Shown here in pieces: positions 39,938 to 52,704 of a DNA stretch of 64,000 bases (the stretch's first letter is position 1; each line of letters begins with the position of its first letter). Source of the stretch: Octopus vulgaris (Eukaryota); NCBI GenBank assembly GCA_951406725.2, contig OX597818.1:10416001-10480000 (forward strand), written 5' to 3'. Below the pieces are notes generated by a model. The model saw only the letters and a program-made list of their open reading frames with translations. It was not told the DNA's origin and searched no databases. Position numbers and translations under genes: made by a program.

Positions 39938-40072
39938 TGGTGTGTGGTAACAAGCGTACTTCCGAACCATAATCCCAGATTCAATCCCACTGCGTGGCAT
40001 CTTAAGCAATTGTAAGTATTTTCAACTGCTGAATAGATATAATTGACAGAAACTGAAAGAAACCTGTCGTGT

Positions 40073-40140
<68 letters not shown>

Positions 40141-40300
40141 GACAACCGTGCTGGTATGTTTACGTCCCTGTAACTTAGCAGTTCGGCAAAGAGAGACCGA
40201 TAGAATAAGTACCAGATTTTAAAAAAGTAAGTACAAAGGTCGACTAAAAATTTTTCCAGTCGGTGCCCCAGCATGGCCACGGTCAAATGACTAAAACAAA
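39938..40300 (+). mobile_element. SINE family B, diverged
   Basis: Family motifs around (TG)n. Confidence 0.8.
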
Positions 40301-40399
40301 TACACGATAAAGCGATAAAAGAATTTACACACAAAAAAAAGATAAGAACAATGGAATTGAAAATTTAGGTAGAAGAGATGCAACATCAATCTCCACAGA

Positions 40400-40990
40400 A
40401 GTCATATCTGTTTTTGTCTTTAAGAACTGAAAGGATAAACTGGTCTAATGACTCTCTTACTGGAAGAATATACCAAGAAAAGAATCGAAGAACAAATTAA
40501 TAAAAATCTGAACTGTTGAAGTATTTTGATGACTTTGCTTTATTTTGAATTCACTTAACTCATTTCTAATCTTGCCTCAGAAACTTCAGGCAAAATATGG
40601 CAAAGAAGCTGTATAATAGATCGTTCACAGCTTTGACAAAAGAATGCCTTTCTTCTATTTCGAAACTTATGATAACTGAAGCACCAATTCATCAAAAGAA
40701 ACTTCTCTAATGCAGGGATTAATTGTTGCCATTAACAGAGTTCTTGAAAACAATCAAGAGAGCATTCAGTCATTCTAAGATCTAAAAGATATTCTCAAAG
40801 ATATGGAAATGTCCGAAATTACTTTATATAGAACTGTTCACTAACAGAAACTGTTTATTGCCTTCGATACTATTCCGCCTACTTCCATCGTAGCGGAGAT
40901 AGCTTTTCTGGGGCTCTTTCCTAGGAAATTGGTAACAAAGCTTACGTAGCAACATCATCTACAAAATATGTTGCTGGAGACAATACTAAC
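40400..40990 (+). mobile_element. hAT transposase C-terminal remnant
   Basis: FDTIPPTSIVAEIAF..VTKL matches the hAT dimerisation motif TIPPTSVEAERAFS..TKLRS. Confidence 0.6.
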
Positions 40991-41499
40991 ACTTAGAAGT
41001 ATTTTCTAGCATTGAGGAGGTAAATTGTTAGCTGCTTTTTAGACAAGTATACACTTGCAAAATGTATAGTGCAGGGGCTCCAACCCGGAGTCGTTTCGTG
41101 GAGAAGTAACCTAATCACATATATGTATGTATGTATATGTGTGTGTGTGTGTGCCTGTGTGTGTCTGTATGTATGTATGTCCAGAGAGAGACAAATAATG
41201 AGGTGGGGTAGATAATATATTATAAATATATGGCTACATATATACATCATCATATACATGTGTGTGTACACACAAAAACACACACACATAAATCTATATA
41301 CATATATACATACATGCATGCATAAATACATCCATACATACATAAATACATCCATACATACATACATACATACATACATACATAGAAACATATATACATC
41401 CTACGTTTTATATGTGTGGGTGTGTATATATATATATGTGTGTGTGTGTGTGTATGTATGTATATGTATACACACGTTAATTTACACACACACACACTC

Positions 41500-41537
<38 letters not shown>

Positions 41538-42420
41538 GTATATGTATGTTTGTATGTATGTATATAGGTATGTATACACGAGTACATTTATGTGTATGTG
41601 TGTAAATATGTACGCTTATGTATTTGAGTTATATACACTATATACACACAGACGTACACATATACATACTACGTACTACATACATACGAGTAAATATATA
41701 GCCACGTACATAAAACTAATACGATATGACAAAAACAATAGACACATCAATGGTAATAACGGTAGCGACTGCAATAAACAAAGAGAATTGGAACAGAAAT
41801 ACACTCAGCAACAACAGCAAATAACATTAACAACAAGCAATAACAACAATAGTAATGAACGAAGGACAATGGTAACAACAACAACAACAACGACAACAAC
41901 AACCTTATTTCAATCAGTCCAAGGCTCTGTAATCACACACGCATGTTCTTGCACGCACCGACGCTTTCTTTCAGAGCGAAAACGCGGTAGCGTTTCTAAC
42001 ATTATATATTAAACACGCACTGTTTCACTCATCTGCTCAGTTACCATCTCACTTCCACTCCAGACTACCCTCCACTCCATACACCTTTCCTACCTTCTCT
42101 TGTTTTCCGTCCTGCCCACAATTCATCATTCCCTTCCTACTAATCTCTCTTCTTTCATTGTTTCTTTCTGTCTTCTGTCCTTCTGTCTTTCTTTCTTTCT
42201 GTCTTCCTTCCTTGCTTCCTTTGTTTTTGTCGTTCTCTCCTTCCTTTATTTCCCCTCTCACACTTTTCTTCTTTTTCATTGTCACACTTCTCGTTTATTT
42301 ATCCTCCCTTAATCTCTCTCTTCCTCTCTCTTTCTCTCTCTCCATCTCTCTCTCTCTCTCTCTCTCTGTTTTAATTTCTCTCTAAGTCTTAAATTTTCTT
42401 TCAATTGATCTGTTATGTGC

Positions 42421-42451
<31 letters not shown>

Positions 42452-43257
42452 GTCAACTATGGTTAAGTAATTCTTCAATTATTAGAGTCCCAAGAATAAC
42501 AAAACAATGATTAGTACAGAGTATATAATTACTCCGTGAGTAAAGGATAGAGTGCAATTCGCCGTTTCGGACCGCAATCATTCATCAAGAAAGAAAGAGA
42601 AAAGGAAAGCTAAAAAGATGCAAAGTTCAGAAAACAGTCAAATTTAGTGCAGCTGCATATTAGGTGGTAGAATTGTACAGGATAATGTTTTGAAGCTAAA
42701 AGTGGAAAACTGAGGGAGATGAGCGAGATAACTATCGGAAAGGTTTAGGGGAAATGGTCGAACACGTTATGCATGTATGTGTACGGACATTTGTGTGAAT
42801 ATGTTGTATGTGTATGTGATTTTATGCAAACACACATACATGTAGAGGCGTGGATAGACACTTCGAGCAAATGTCTTCTACTATACCCCAGGGCCGAGCA
42901 AAAGCCTCTGAATGGATTTGGTAGATTGACACTAAAATTATGTATGCGTGTAAGCATGTATGTATACACGTATGTATGTATATATTTTTGTATGCTTGTG
43001 TATATGTGTGTATGTATGTATGTATGTATGTATGTATGTATGTATGTATGTATGTATGTATGAGAGTATGTACGTGTGTAGGTAGGAATGCACGTATACA
43101 TATGTACGTATATACGTACATATATATATATATATATATACATACGTACGTGTATATAATTATATATATACATACACATAATTACGTGTATATAAATATA
43201 TAAATAAATAAATATATATATTATATACACACACACACATACATACATACATATATG

Positions 43258-43700
43258 ACTGGCTGTGTAGTAAGAAACTTGCTTCCCAACCACATGCATC
43301 CGGGTTCAGTCCCACTGCGCAGCACTTTGAGTGAGTAACTTGCCTCATGACAACCAAAGTGTTGTGTGCATGCCTTTGATAGACGGAGACTGAAAGAACC
43401 CCGTCGCAAATATATGTGTGTGTGTGTGAGTGCTAGTACTCTGTGCGTCGGTGAGTGCTAGTATTAGTGTGTGTGTGTGTGTATGTGTATGTGCGTATGT
43501 ATTTGTCTGTCTGTATTTGTGTGCTTGTGTGTCTGTCTGTGATTATCCCCCCACCGAACCCCACCATCTGACAAGCGATGTTGGTGTGTTTACGTCCTTG
43601 TAACTTTGTGGTTCATCAAACGGGGCCAATAGAATAAGTAGCAGGTTTTAAAAATTAATCAATAGTGGTGTTGATTCCTTCTAATTACTGAAACAAGTAA
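43258..43700 (+). mobile_element. SINE family B, diverged (partial copy also at 42860-42930)
   Basis: Family motifs. Confidence 0.75.
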
Positions 43701-44393
43701 ATGTGAAAGTGAAAGTGAAAGTATAGACACACGTTTTGGTAACGTATATCCTTATTGTATCTCATTGATACAGTTCATAAAGAATTGCATTTATAATAAT
43801 TGTGAAATTGATGCCAAAATTTACTTTTTCAATGTTATACATATAAGTAATCTGTATACAGGGATAAATGAAAGCAACTAAAAGCTATTCCAAATACCTT
43901 CGTCACCCAAGCTAGACCCGTTTAACAACAATTAAATGTTTTTCACTAAAGTGATAAATTTATCCTGCTGTGGTTTTGGTTGGGAACGATAAAACGAACA
44001 TCTGATAGACGGTAGAATTATTCTACCACGCAACCAGTTCCTATCATCGATCAACAAGCTTTATACTGTTTAACATCAGAAAGGAGAACGGGCGTCCTCG
44101 TACTTTGAATTCCTGACTGAAAATGTAGTCTAACTTTTCCTGTCGTTAATTTTTTTCTCTTTTTATCATTCGCTTGATATAACATTTTCCATTTTCCGAC
44201 TGTTTCTATCAATATTAGCATCAGACATGAACGGTTGATTGGTCAGTGATCAAAGGCGATCCATTCTGTCTTCTTTTATTCAGATACTTTGTTATTGTAA
44301 CTGAATTGGCAGATCTGTGAATTAACTAATCCCATTCAAATGTAATTTTATATCAGACTAAACTATCTGATGTGCCCTACTCTGTTTTTCATA

Positions 44394-44610
44394 CGAGGAG
44401 ATGCTGAAAAGTTCCTGGCTTTAAGGATATCGCAAAAGGCATGGTTGGAGGCCCGACTTTCCTAATTCTTTTACAGTGCTTAGAAAAACTGAAGGACTGC
44501 TGCAATAAATGTGTGAATCTGAGAAATATATACGTTGGATAAAATCATAATCAGCTGATCCTCCTGTATTTTCTTCTACCCAAAGCCAGGAACTTTTCAG
44601 CGCCCCCTCG
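44394..44610. mobile_element. mariner-derived MITE, 217 bp, TA target duplication
   Basis: TA-CGAGGAGATGCTGAAAAGTTCCTGGCTTT ... AAAGCCAGGAACTTTTCAGCGCCCCCTCG-TA. Confidence 0.88.
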
Positions 44611-45679
44611 TATGAAGGTTGCGGTTTGAGGGAAAATCAGCTGTTATTTCTATGAACAACATAATGATTTCTCTATTTGCCCGTTGATCTTGTGTTTCAT
44701 AGTTATTACTATTCTTTGTTTAAAATGATGTATGGCGAGATTGTAGTATTTCTTTACGGCAATTCTGAGTTCAAAACACGCCAGGTACGATTTCGGTTCA
44801 TTTATTCAATATTGATGAAATGCAGTACCAATCAAGTACTTTGGTTTGATTGAATCAGCTGATCTTTTTACATTTCGAAATTGCTGACCTTGTGTAATGA
44901 TGGAGATTGTTACTACTTCAAGACAGTGAAAAATGGAAGAATAATTGCGCTGCGGTGAGAAACCCTTATTTTGGCCAAGAGTCGGCAAATTACAGCTCTT
45001 GCCTTCATTTCATTCAACCCACCAACCGTATTGATCAAGCGATATTGTATACGCAATAAAATTCAGTAGCCAAAAGTAGAGTAACTAAACGATTCCTTTC
45101 AGCAATAGTCTCGATTAAATTAATGTTTCATATTAATACAAAATGTGAGATTGGTTAAGAATAAAAGTTTTCCTAGACGCTAAAGTCACTTTTCTAAATG
45201 AACAGAGTAACAGACAGTAATAGTGTCTCATACGCTGTTATAATATAGTTTACATTTAATAATCAAATAATAATCATTGAAGAGAACAGCTAAACTGGTT
45301 GGTACGACACTTACTCCGAAGCCACAATCTTCCCCAATCAGTCTAACTAAAAATGTTTTAACTCTTAAGTGAATGCTGTATCATAGCTCATACCGATATT
45401 TATATCATTAAATGTGAAGTATATTTCATTACAAGTGACGTTTGATCTTTTTTATAAGTACTTCTCTGGCCTTGTATGATGATGGTTTCATTTTCTAATG
45501 CACCTGGCCGCAAGATATAAAAGCATTTCTAACTCGGCCCACCTCCACAAAATTTTTGCTGATTCTGATTTAGACAAAGTGAAAGGGGTTTCACTATAGC
45601 CTTAAGCAATTATCCTAATTATGCGATGGTTTCCTTTATAATTCCATTCACATCCAGAGTGTTTTCTTGTAATCAACCC

Positions 45680-46470
45680 AGCGTATGACTGATGCTATAC
45701 TTTATAGAGCCGAAAGGATGAAAGACGAAGTCGACCCCAGTGGAATTTGAACTCAGAATGTAAACACGGATGAAATGCCTCTAAGCATTTTACCCGGAGT
45801 GCTAACGATTCTGCCAGCTCGCAGGATTAACCGTTCTTTTAAAATTAATTTTCTTTAGTGTGTGGCCTAGTGGCTACGGATGTTGGACTCGTGATCGTAT
45901 TGATTGCGGTTTCGATTGCTCAGCCGTGCGATGCGTTGTGTTTTTGAACAAAGCACTTCATTTCTCGTTGCTCCAGTCCACTCAGCTGGCAATAAAGAGT
46001 AATGCTGCGATGGGCCGGCGTCCTGTCCAGGGAGTGAACATATACTCCGCGGAAACCGGGAAACCGGCCTATTAGTCTATATAATTCAGGAAGGATCTTT
46101 ATCCTTTTAAGAATAAGGTGGTGAGCTAGCCGAATCGTTAGCACGCCGGGCAGAATGTTTACTGGCATTTCCTCCGTCGTTATGTTCCATGTTCAAATTC
46201 CGCCGAGGCCGACTTTACCTTTCATCATTTTGGTGTCTATAAAATAAGTACCAGTTGAACACTGGGGTCGACTTAACTCCTTCCCCGAAATTGCTGGCAC
46301 TGTGCCACAATTTGAAATCATTATTGATTTCTTAAATAAGTTAAGACCTAAAATTTGAAACTGAGACATCGTCGCTTATAATGTCTCCTGTATTTGACCG
46401 GTACTTTATTTTATAGACTGCGGAATGATACAACGCAGAGTTGACCTTGGCAGGATTTGAACTCAGAAGG
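45680..46470. mobile_element. SINE cluster: A (-, 45680-45821), D-related tRNA SINE (+, 45860-46072), A (+, 46117-46320), A (-, 46340-46470)
   Basis: A box TGGCCTAGTGG and B-box-like GTTTCGATTGC at 45863-45920; family A motifs. Confidence 0.8.
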
Positions 46471-46913
46471 TAAAAGTCTTTAAGTATGGTGTTGTTAGTG
46501 AATAACGTGAACAAAGGATAATTCCAGAAATATGCACTGTTCTAGAAATGTAGTCGTCAGTACGATTTTACTGCGACTGTAGTGCTGTGTTGGGTGTTGA
46601 ATTACATTCAGTAAAGAAGACTTAATGGGTGTAGAGCTTAAATAAATGGATGAATACACAGATTACTAGTTTAGAGAAGCAGAAATTGCTGCAATAATGA
46701 TGGAGGATATAACGTATTTGGTGATATAGAGGTTATAACGTGCTGGCGAATAGAGGTTTGTCAAGCAGTAGAGGGACTCTTTTCTTTCTCATTTTTATTT
46801 GGTTCGAGACAGGAGAGGGGTAGGGGTAGAGAAGGAGAGAAACAGGGGAGAGGAGAGAGGAGAGAGGGCGAGAAACGGAGAAGGAGGGTGAGAAAAAGGG
46901 AGGGAGTAACTTA

Positions 46914-46963
<50 letters not shown>

Positions 46964-47079
46964 GCACTTTGAGGAAATACAAGATCAAGATTAAGTTAGA
47001 AAAATAGACGGGATGTTACTGACCGTACACATTTGAGGAGAGGTGAGGGTCATATATATGAGATGGAGAAAGGAAAGGC

Positions 47080-47295
47080 AATCAGAAGACATTTGAGAAG
47101 AATCAAGAAAGATATAACCAATGATTGCAGTAATGTTTCCATCATGACTACAATCTTTATTATCACATATAAATGTCCGACCTGCAATTGGGTGTGTGGG
47201 TCTAGAATAGGACTGTTCAGTCGCCAAAGATATCATGGTTAAGAGAATGGTCACTGTAATCGAACTTCTGTGGACAACCGAAAAGGTGAAGAAGC
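47080..47295 (+). mobile_element. RTE-clade LINE 3' end
   Basis: YKCPTCNWVCGSRIGLFSRQRYH*, the C-terminal CxxC..SRIGL.SH motif of RTE ORFs, then a short UTR and (TG)n. Confidence 0.75.
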
Positions 47296-47307
47296 GTGTG
47301 TGCGTGC

Positions 47308-47374
<67 letters not shown>

Positions 47375-48236
47375 TGTATACACACGTACACACACGCATG
47401 TTTGAATGCGTACGTGACATCTGCGCCATCCTAGATGTGAGCAACATCCTGACATAGGCTATATTTGTGCCTTATGGAAGGGTTTGTAAAAGTTTGTTTC
47501 TTTATCAAAGAGACGCGGGGCTGTGATATTTGATATTGTATAAATAGTGGATAAATAACCAATTTCTAGAAAGGCATTCTTAGGCGGTAACTTGATTAAA
47601 TCGACCCGACATCGAATAAAAAGGCTTTACGACGTTTGTTTCATTATCTTACGTACTGAGTCGAAATCCTGCCCACTTAATTTTGCTTTCCATTCCTTTT
47701 CAGTCTTGATTAAAAATAGTGCCAATCGAGGATGGTAGATCGGCAGAATTGTTAGATTATCTGACAAGAGACCTTGCAATATTCGCCCTGGCTCTCGAGT
47801 GTTCAAGTACGCGTGGCGAACCTGACATATCTACCCCTATGCTTGTGCTTCGTAAAAAGAATACCTCAAAAGACAACGGACAAAAAACACATTCTAAATT
47901 TAAGTCAAACATTATGTACATGTCGAGGAAATCACCAGATTACCGTTCGTTGACTTAAGGACTTAAACTCTCTAACCTTGGGTATGCCATTTTTCTTCTC
48001 AGGTATATGACTACATTACGCAATATGTTCTTTTTTTCTTTTTTGTTTTACTTTCATTAATAGACTATAATTATGTATCCAACCTATGGCCTCTACAGTT
48101 TTCGGCTATACCCAGATCATCATCGCGATATCATCTGAAATCAATAATTGGTACTTTGTCCTTTTACAAGTTCAGCAAGTTATAGTAGATCTTGTTGGAC
48201 TGTCTTTGCTGAGCGTGATAAAGGAAGGGTAGATAA

Positions 48237-48280
<44 letters not shown>

Positions 48281-48403
48281 AATAGACAGATAGAGAGAGA
48301 GATAAATAGATAGACAGTCAGACAGATAGTAGATAGAAAGAGTGATAGATGTATCTCTCTGTCTCTCTCACACTCTCTCTCTCTCTTTATCTTACGCTCT
48401 CTT

Positions 48404-48479
<76 letters not shown>

Positions 48480-48834
48480 ACTTTCTCTCTGTATATATAT
48501 GTATGTGTGTGTTTGTGTTTGTATCATTAATAATGAACAAATAGCGCGGCTGAAATTGCATTGCTACATTAAACGCATATCTTACATTTCAAATTATCCT
48601 ATAAACGCTCTGTGCATTATTAATTCATTAATTACTTGACTATGCTGCCAACGATTGCACTGTTATGCAAATTAGACTTTTTAGTTTAGCTGACCATTGG
48701 TTTATATTCACTATAAATAGCTGTAAAGAGTTTCTCCGGGGACAGGGGATGATAGCTTTCTGATGAGATTCCAAAAACAGAATCGATCAGAGCGACCCCA
48801 TTTTTTTCTACCCAACAAAAGATAAAAACTTTTC

Positions 48835-49260
48835 TCTTTTACTTGTTTCAGTCATTTGACTGCGACCATGCTGGAGCACTGCCTTGAATGGTTTTTGCCA
48901 AACAAATCGTCCCCGCGACTTTGTTTAAGGTCTGGTTACTTATTCCATCGGTTTCGTTTGCCACGCAGCTAAGTTACAAGGATGTAAACACAGCAGCGTC
49001 GATTGTCCAGCGGTAGTAGAGAACGAACTCACACACACAGATATACATATATCTTTTATCTTTTATTTGTTTCAGACATTTCGCTGTGGCCATGCTGAGG
49101 CACCGCTTTGAAGGGTTTTGGTTGAATGAATCGACCCTCAAGACTTATTTTTTTAAGCCTAGAACTTATTCTATCGTTCTCTTTTGTTGAATCGCTAAGT
49201 TACGGGGACGTAAACACACCAACACCGCTTGTCAAGCAGTAGTGGAGGACAAATACAGAC
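48835..49260 (-). mobile_element. Two SINE family B 3' modules in tandem
   Basis: TTGTTTCAG(T/A)CATTT..CCATGCTG..GCTAAGTTAC repeated. Confidence 0.8.
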
Positions 49261-49299
49261 ACAAAAACACACATACACACACACATACACACACACACG

Positions 49300-49341
<42 letters not shown>

Positions 49342-49534
49342 TAGAAAAATGAAATATCTTTTTATGGATAATTCGTTTAACCGATACCTGGGTAGCAAAT
49401 TCACATCAGAAATAACACGGTTGAAGTTACGTGCCTAGGGCAGAGACTACGTGTTTTCGTGTGGAAATTTGTGTGTATTTTTATAAAATTTATGAATAAA
49501 TTCAAGAATGGAGTTGAACGACAAATTAACAAAT

Positions 49535-49633
49535 TTCCTTTATTTTCGACATATGTTTCGAAGGCTGCATATTCCTAATTGCGAAGGAATAAGGAGTACA
49601 TTATGCCGCTTTCTCATCAGGAAAAACAAGGAA
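49535..49633 (-). ncRNA. Mirror copy of the canonical hammerhead motif
   Basis: TCATCAG at 49614-49620 and GACATATGTTTC at 49548-49559 are the reverse complements of the core. Confidence 0.85.
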
Positions 49634-49871
49634 TTTATTTATGTCAACATCAAGATTCACAAAAACTTTTAGATGACTGCTCTCACGGAGCGCATAGCGA
49701 TAATGAGTGTCTCTTTAATATTCCTTTATAAGGAGTGACGTCGAATTTTCTACATTCAACCAGTTTGACGTCACTCCTTATAAAGGAATATTAAAGAGAC
49801 ACTCATTATCGCTATGCGCTCCGTGAGAGCAGTCATCTAAAAGTGTTTGTGAATCTTGATGTTGACATAAA

Positions 49872-49970
49872 TTCCTTGTTTTTCCTGATGAGAAAGCGGC
49901 ATAATGTACTCCTTATTCCTTCACAATTAGGAATATGCAGCCTTCGAAACATATGTCGAAAATAAAGGAA
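49872..49970 (+). ncRNA. Type I hammerhead ribozyme motif, canonical core
   Basis: Stem I TTCCTTGTTTTTC/GAAAATAAAGGAA; CTGATGA at 49885-49891; extended stem II GAAAGCGGCATA/TATGCAGCCTTC; GAAA at 49946-49949; palindromic stem III ACATATGT; GTC cut site after 49957. Confidence 0.85.
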
Positions 49971-50178
49971 ATTTGTTAATTTGTCGTTCAACTCCATTCT
50001 TTCATTTATTCATATATATATATATATATATATAATTCAAATAATAAGGGAGATAAATTGAATATTAATTTGATTAATATCAGTTTAAAACCAGTAGCCA
50101 AGCGTAGAAAAAATCTGAAAAATCAGAAAAAATACACACACACATATATATATATGTGGGGGGTATGTATATATATAA

Positions 50179-50225
<47 letters not shown>

Positions 50226-50257
50226 GCGAATAGCCACCTTAATAATTTATTTAGGCA

Positions 50258-50417
50258 CAGGAGTGGCTGTGGGGTAAGTAGCTTGGTTCCCAACCACATG
50301 GTTCCGGGTTCAGTCCCACTGCGTAGCACATTCGGCATGTGTCTTCTACTATAGCCTCAGGTTGACCAAAGCATTGTGAGTAGATCTGGTAGTTGGAAAC
50401 TGAAAGAAGCCCGTCGT
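50258..50417 (+). mobile_element. SINE family B 5' part; matching 3' module at 51360-51548
   Basis: Family motifs. The two halves are separated by about 940 bp of inserted material. Confidence 0.8.
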
Positions 50418-50456
50418 ATTTATATTTATGTATGTATATGTATATATGTATATAAG

Positions 50457-50501
<45 letters not shown>

Positions 50502-50752
50502 ATAAGTATATATATATAAACATATAAAGTAAATTAGAGATAAAACCACTATTAGGCAAATCAAACAGTGAAAACCATAAACCAAAACATAGAAATAAAA
50601 ATAATTAATATAATATATATATATGTATATATATACATATATATCAGGTGGTGCTATTAAGTTAGACATGGCCTGGACCAATCTTTGGTCGAAACATATC
50701 TAAGTTTATCTAAGTTTATATATATATATATATATATTATGTATGTATGCAT

Positions 50753-51250
50753 GGTCGGGTTGTTGGCAACTAAACCAGCAACCCCACCAAGCTTGCTTGG
50801 TGAGGAGGGTGTTTATTGGACACCCTGCGGGATGAAAAACAAAACCCGTCAAAGGGCGGAGGAACTCTTAAGAGTCAACGGCCATCCAATAAATGTCTTA
50901 AGGCTGTATCATGCGCGGGGACATAGAAATAATCGGACTGAATACCCGATCGCGCGGTTAAACCATTGGGAGTGAAGGACTCCTAGCCTTTGTTAGGGCA
51001 TCCTTCTAGGAGAAGATAACTCAAGTAACTGGGATAACTCCAACATAAAACCTGCGGCTCAGTGGTTACCGATGATGTTGACTTGTTCTTCTTTTCGGAT
51101 TATGGCTGCTGTTGCTTAGTGAGTGGGATTGACTCAGTGCACAGCCTTTCCTCACTTTAAAAAAATATATTTTTGCACTGGCATTGCACGATAACAACAT
51201 TGATTAAGCTTCGTGCAATGGTCATACTTGATAACGAGGGGGCAGCCACC
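50753..51250 (+). mobile_element. Structured GC-richer insertion, possibly an RTE-type 5' UTR
   Basis: GGGCATCCTTCTAGGAGAAGATAACTC resembles the RTE 5'-UTR motif ..CTAGGAGAAGG.AAACTC; consecutive hairpins at the 5' end. Confidence 0.4.
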
Positions 51251-51550
51251 ATATATACATAAACATATACATACATATACATATGTATACATACATATAC
51301 ATACATATACATATACATACGTACATATACATATGTGTGTGTGTGTGTGTGTGTGTTTGTATGTTTGCCTGTGTTTGTTCACCCACCATTGCTTTGACAA
51401 CCGATGTTGGTGTGTAACTTAGCGGTTCGGCAAAAGAGACCGATAGAATTAGGCTTACAAAGAAAAGTCCTGAAGGCGATTTTTCGGCTAAAGGCAGTGT
51501 TCCAGCATGGCCACAGTCGAATGACTGGAACAAGTAAGAGAGTAAAAGAG

Positions 51551-51616
<66 letters not shown>

Positions 51617-51619
<3 letters not shown>

Positions 51620-52504
51620 GGTGGGACAGAGAGGACAGACGTTTTTGAAAAATTCACAAAATCATTAATTTTAGCTGCAAACAAATTTTATTGACAATGT
51701 GTTCGTATTGAATTAGTGTGGAAAACAATAGCTATCATGTAGTGTCCGTTTTCATTGATGCATTTCTGAAGGCGTTCTTGAAGGTCGGCCTCCACTCTCT
51801 CCGGCACTGCTCCGTCAGTTTGGGCGACATTGCTCTCTCGGATTTCCAAGAGCCCAATAATGACAGTTCTGCTGATTCACTATGGCATTGAGATGAAAAC
51901 GAGCTTCATCACTCATTAACAAAATGAGGTTATCATTCGCCTCAAAAATTGCTTCCATCTGACGTGCGAAGTTAAGCCGCTGTGCGTAGTCCCATGGTTT
52001 CAACTGTTGCCCGTTAACCAATTTGTACGGGTGGAAATGCAAGTCTTCATGCAAAATACGCCTTACCGATCGATTACCGATGACAAGTTCAGTGGAATGC
52101 TTCTGAGCAGAGCAATTCGGACGCACTAACTAAGCTTGTCTGACGTGTTCAACATTTTTCGGGTTCTGTACCCTTCGTGGCACACCCTCCGGTCTCCTAT
52201 TTATTACTGTACATCGAGTCCGAAGTGCATTCACCCAACGTAAGGTTATATTACGGATGGGAACAAATTGATTTCGGCGGATGTTGAAGGGTCGCCGAAC
52301 AGCTGTAACAGACTCGTTCTTATCCACGTAATTGTCATAGAGAAGCACGCGATGGTCTATCGTCCACAGCGCCATGGCTTCATTTGAAAAGGAAAAAAAT
52401 GCTAAGACATCACGGATCGAATGGTATCTGCCAGGCATATGTCCCTTCCGCTGATACTGAGTAATAGCTATTTCAAAAATGTCCGTCCTCTCTGTCCCAC
52501 CCTG
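51617..52504 (-). mobile_element. Tc1/mariner-superfamily transposon (rosa/DD41D-like), internally deleted
   Basis: TIRs TA-CAGGGTGGGACAGAGAGGAC(A/G)GAC(G/A)TTTTTGAAA; translation RRILHEDLHFHPYK..MSDEARFHLNAIVNQQNCHYW. The second and third catalytic residues are deleted, so the subfamily is inferred. Confidence 0.85.
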
Positions 52505-52596
52505 TATAAGTATGTATGTATGTATGTATGTATGTATGTATGTATGCATGTATGTATGTATGTATGTATGTATGTATGTATGTATGTATGTATATA

Positions 52597-52632
<36 letters not shown>

Positions 52633-52704
52633 TATAGATGGACAGATATACACATATACAGACAAACACACACACTCATTTATATTTACTTGGAAATGAA
52701 TGCA

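Larger units (their letters stand above)
49491..50014. mobile_element. About 520-bp inverted repeat (arms about 250 bp, 24-bp spacer), PLE-type fold-back
   Basis: Arms 49491-49742 and 49767-50014 are near-perfect reverse complements; spacer 49743-49766. Confidence 0.9.
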
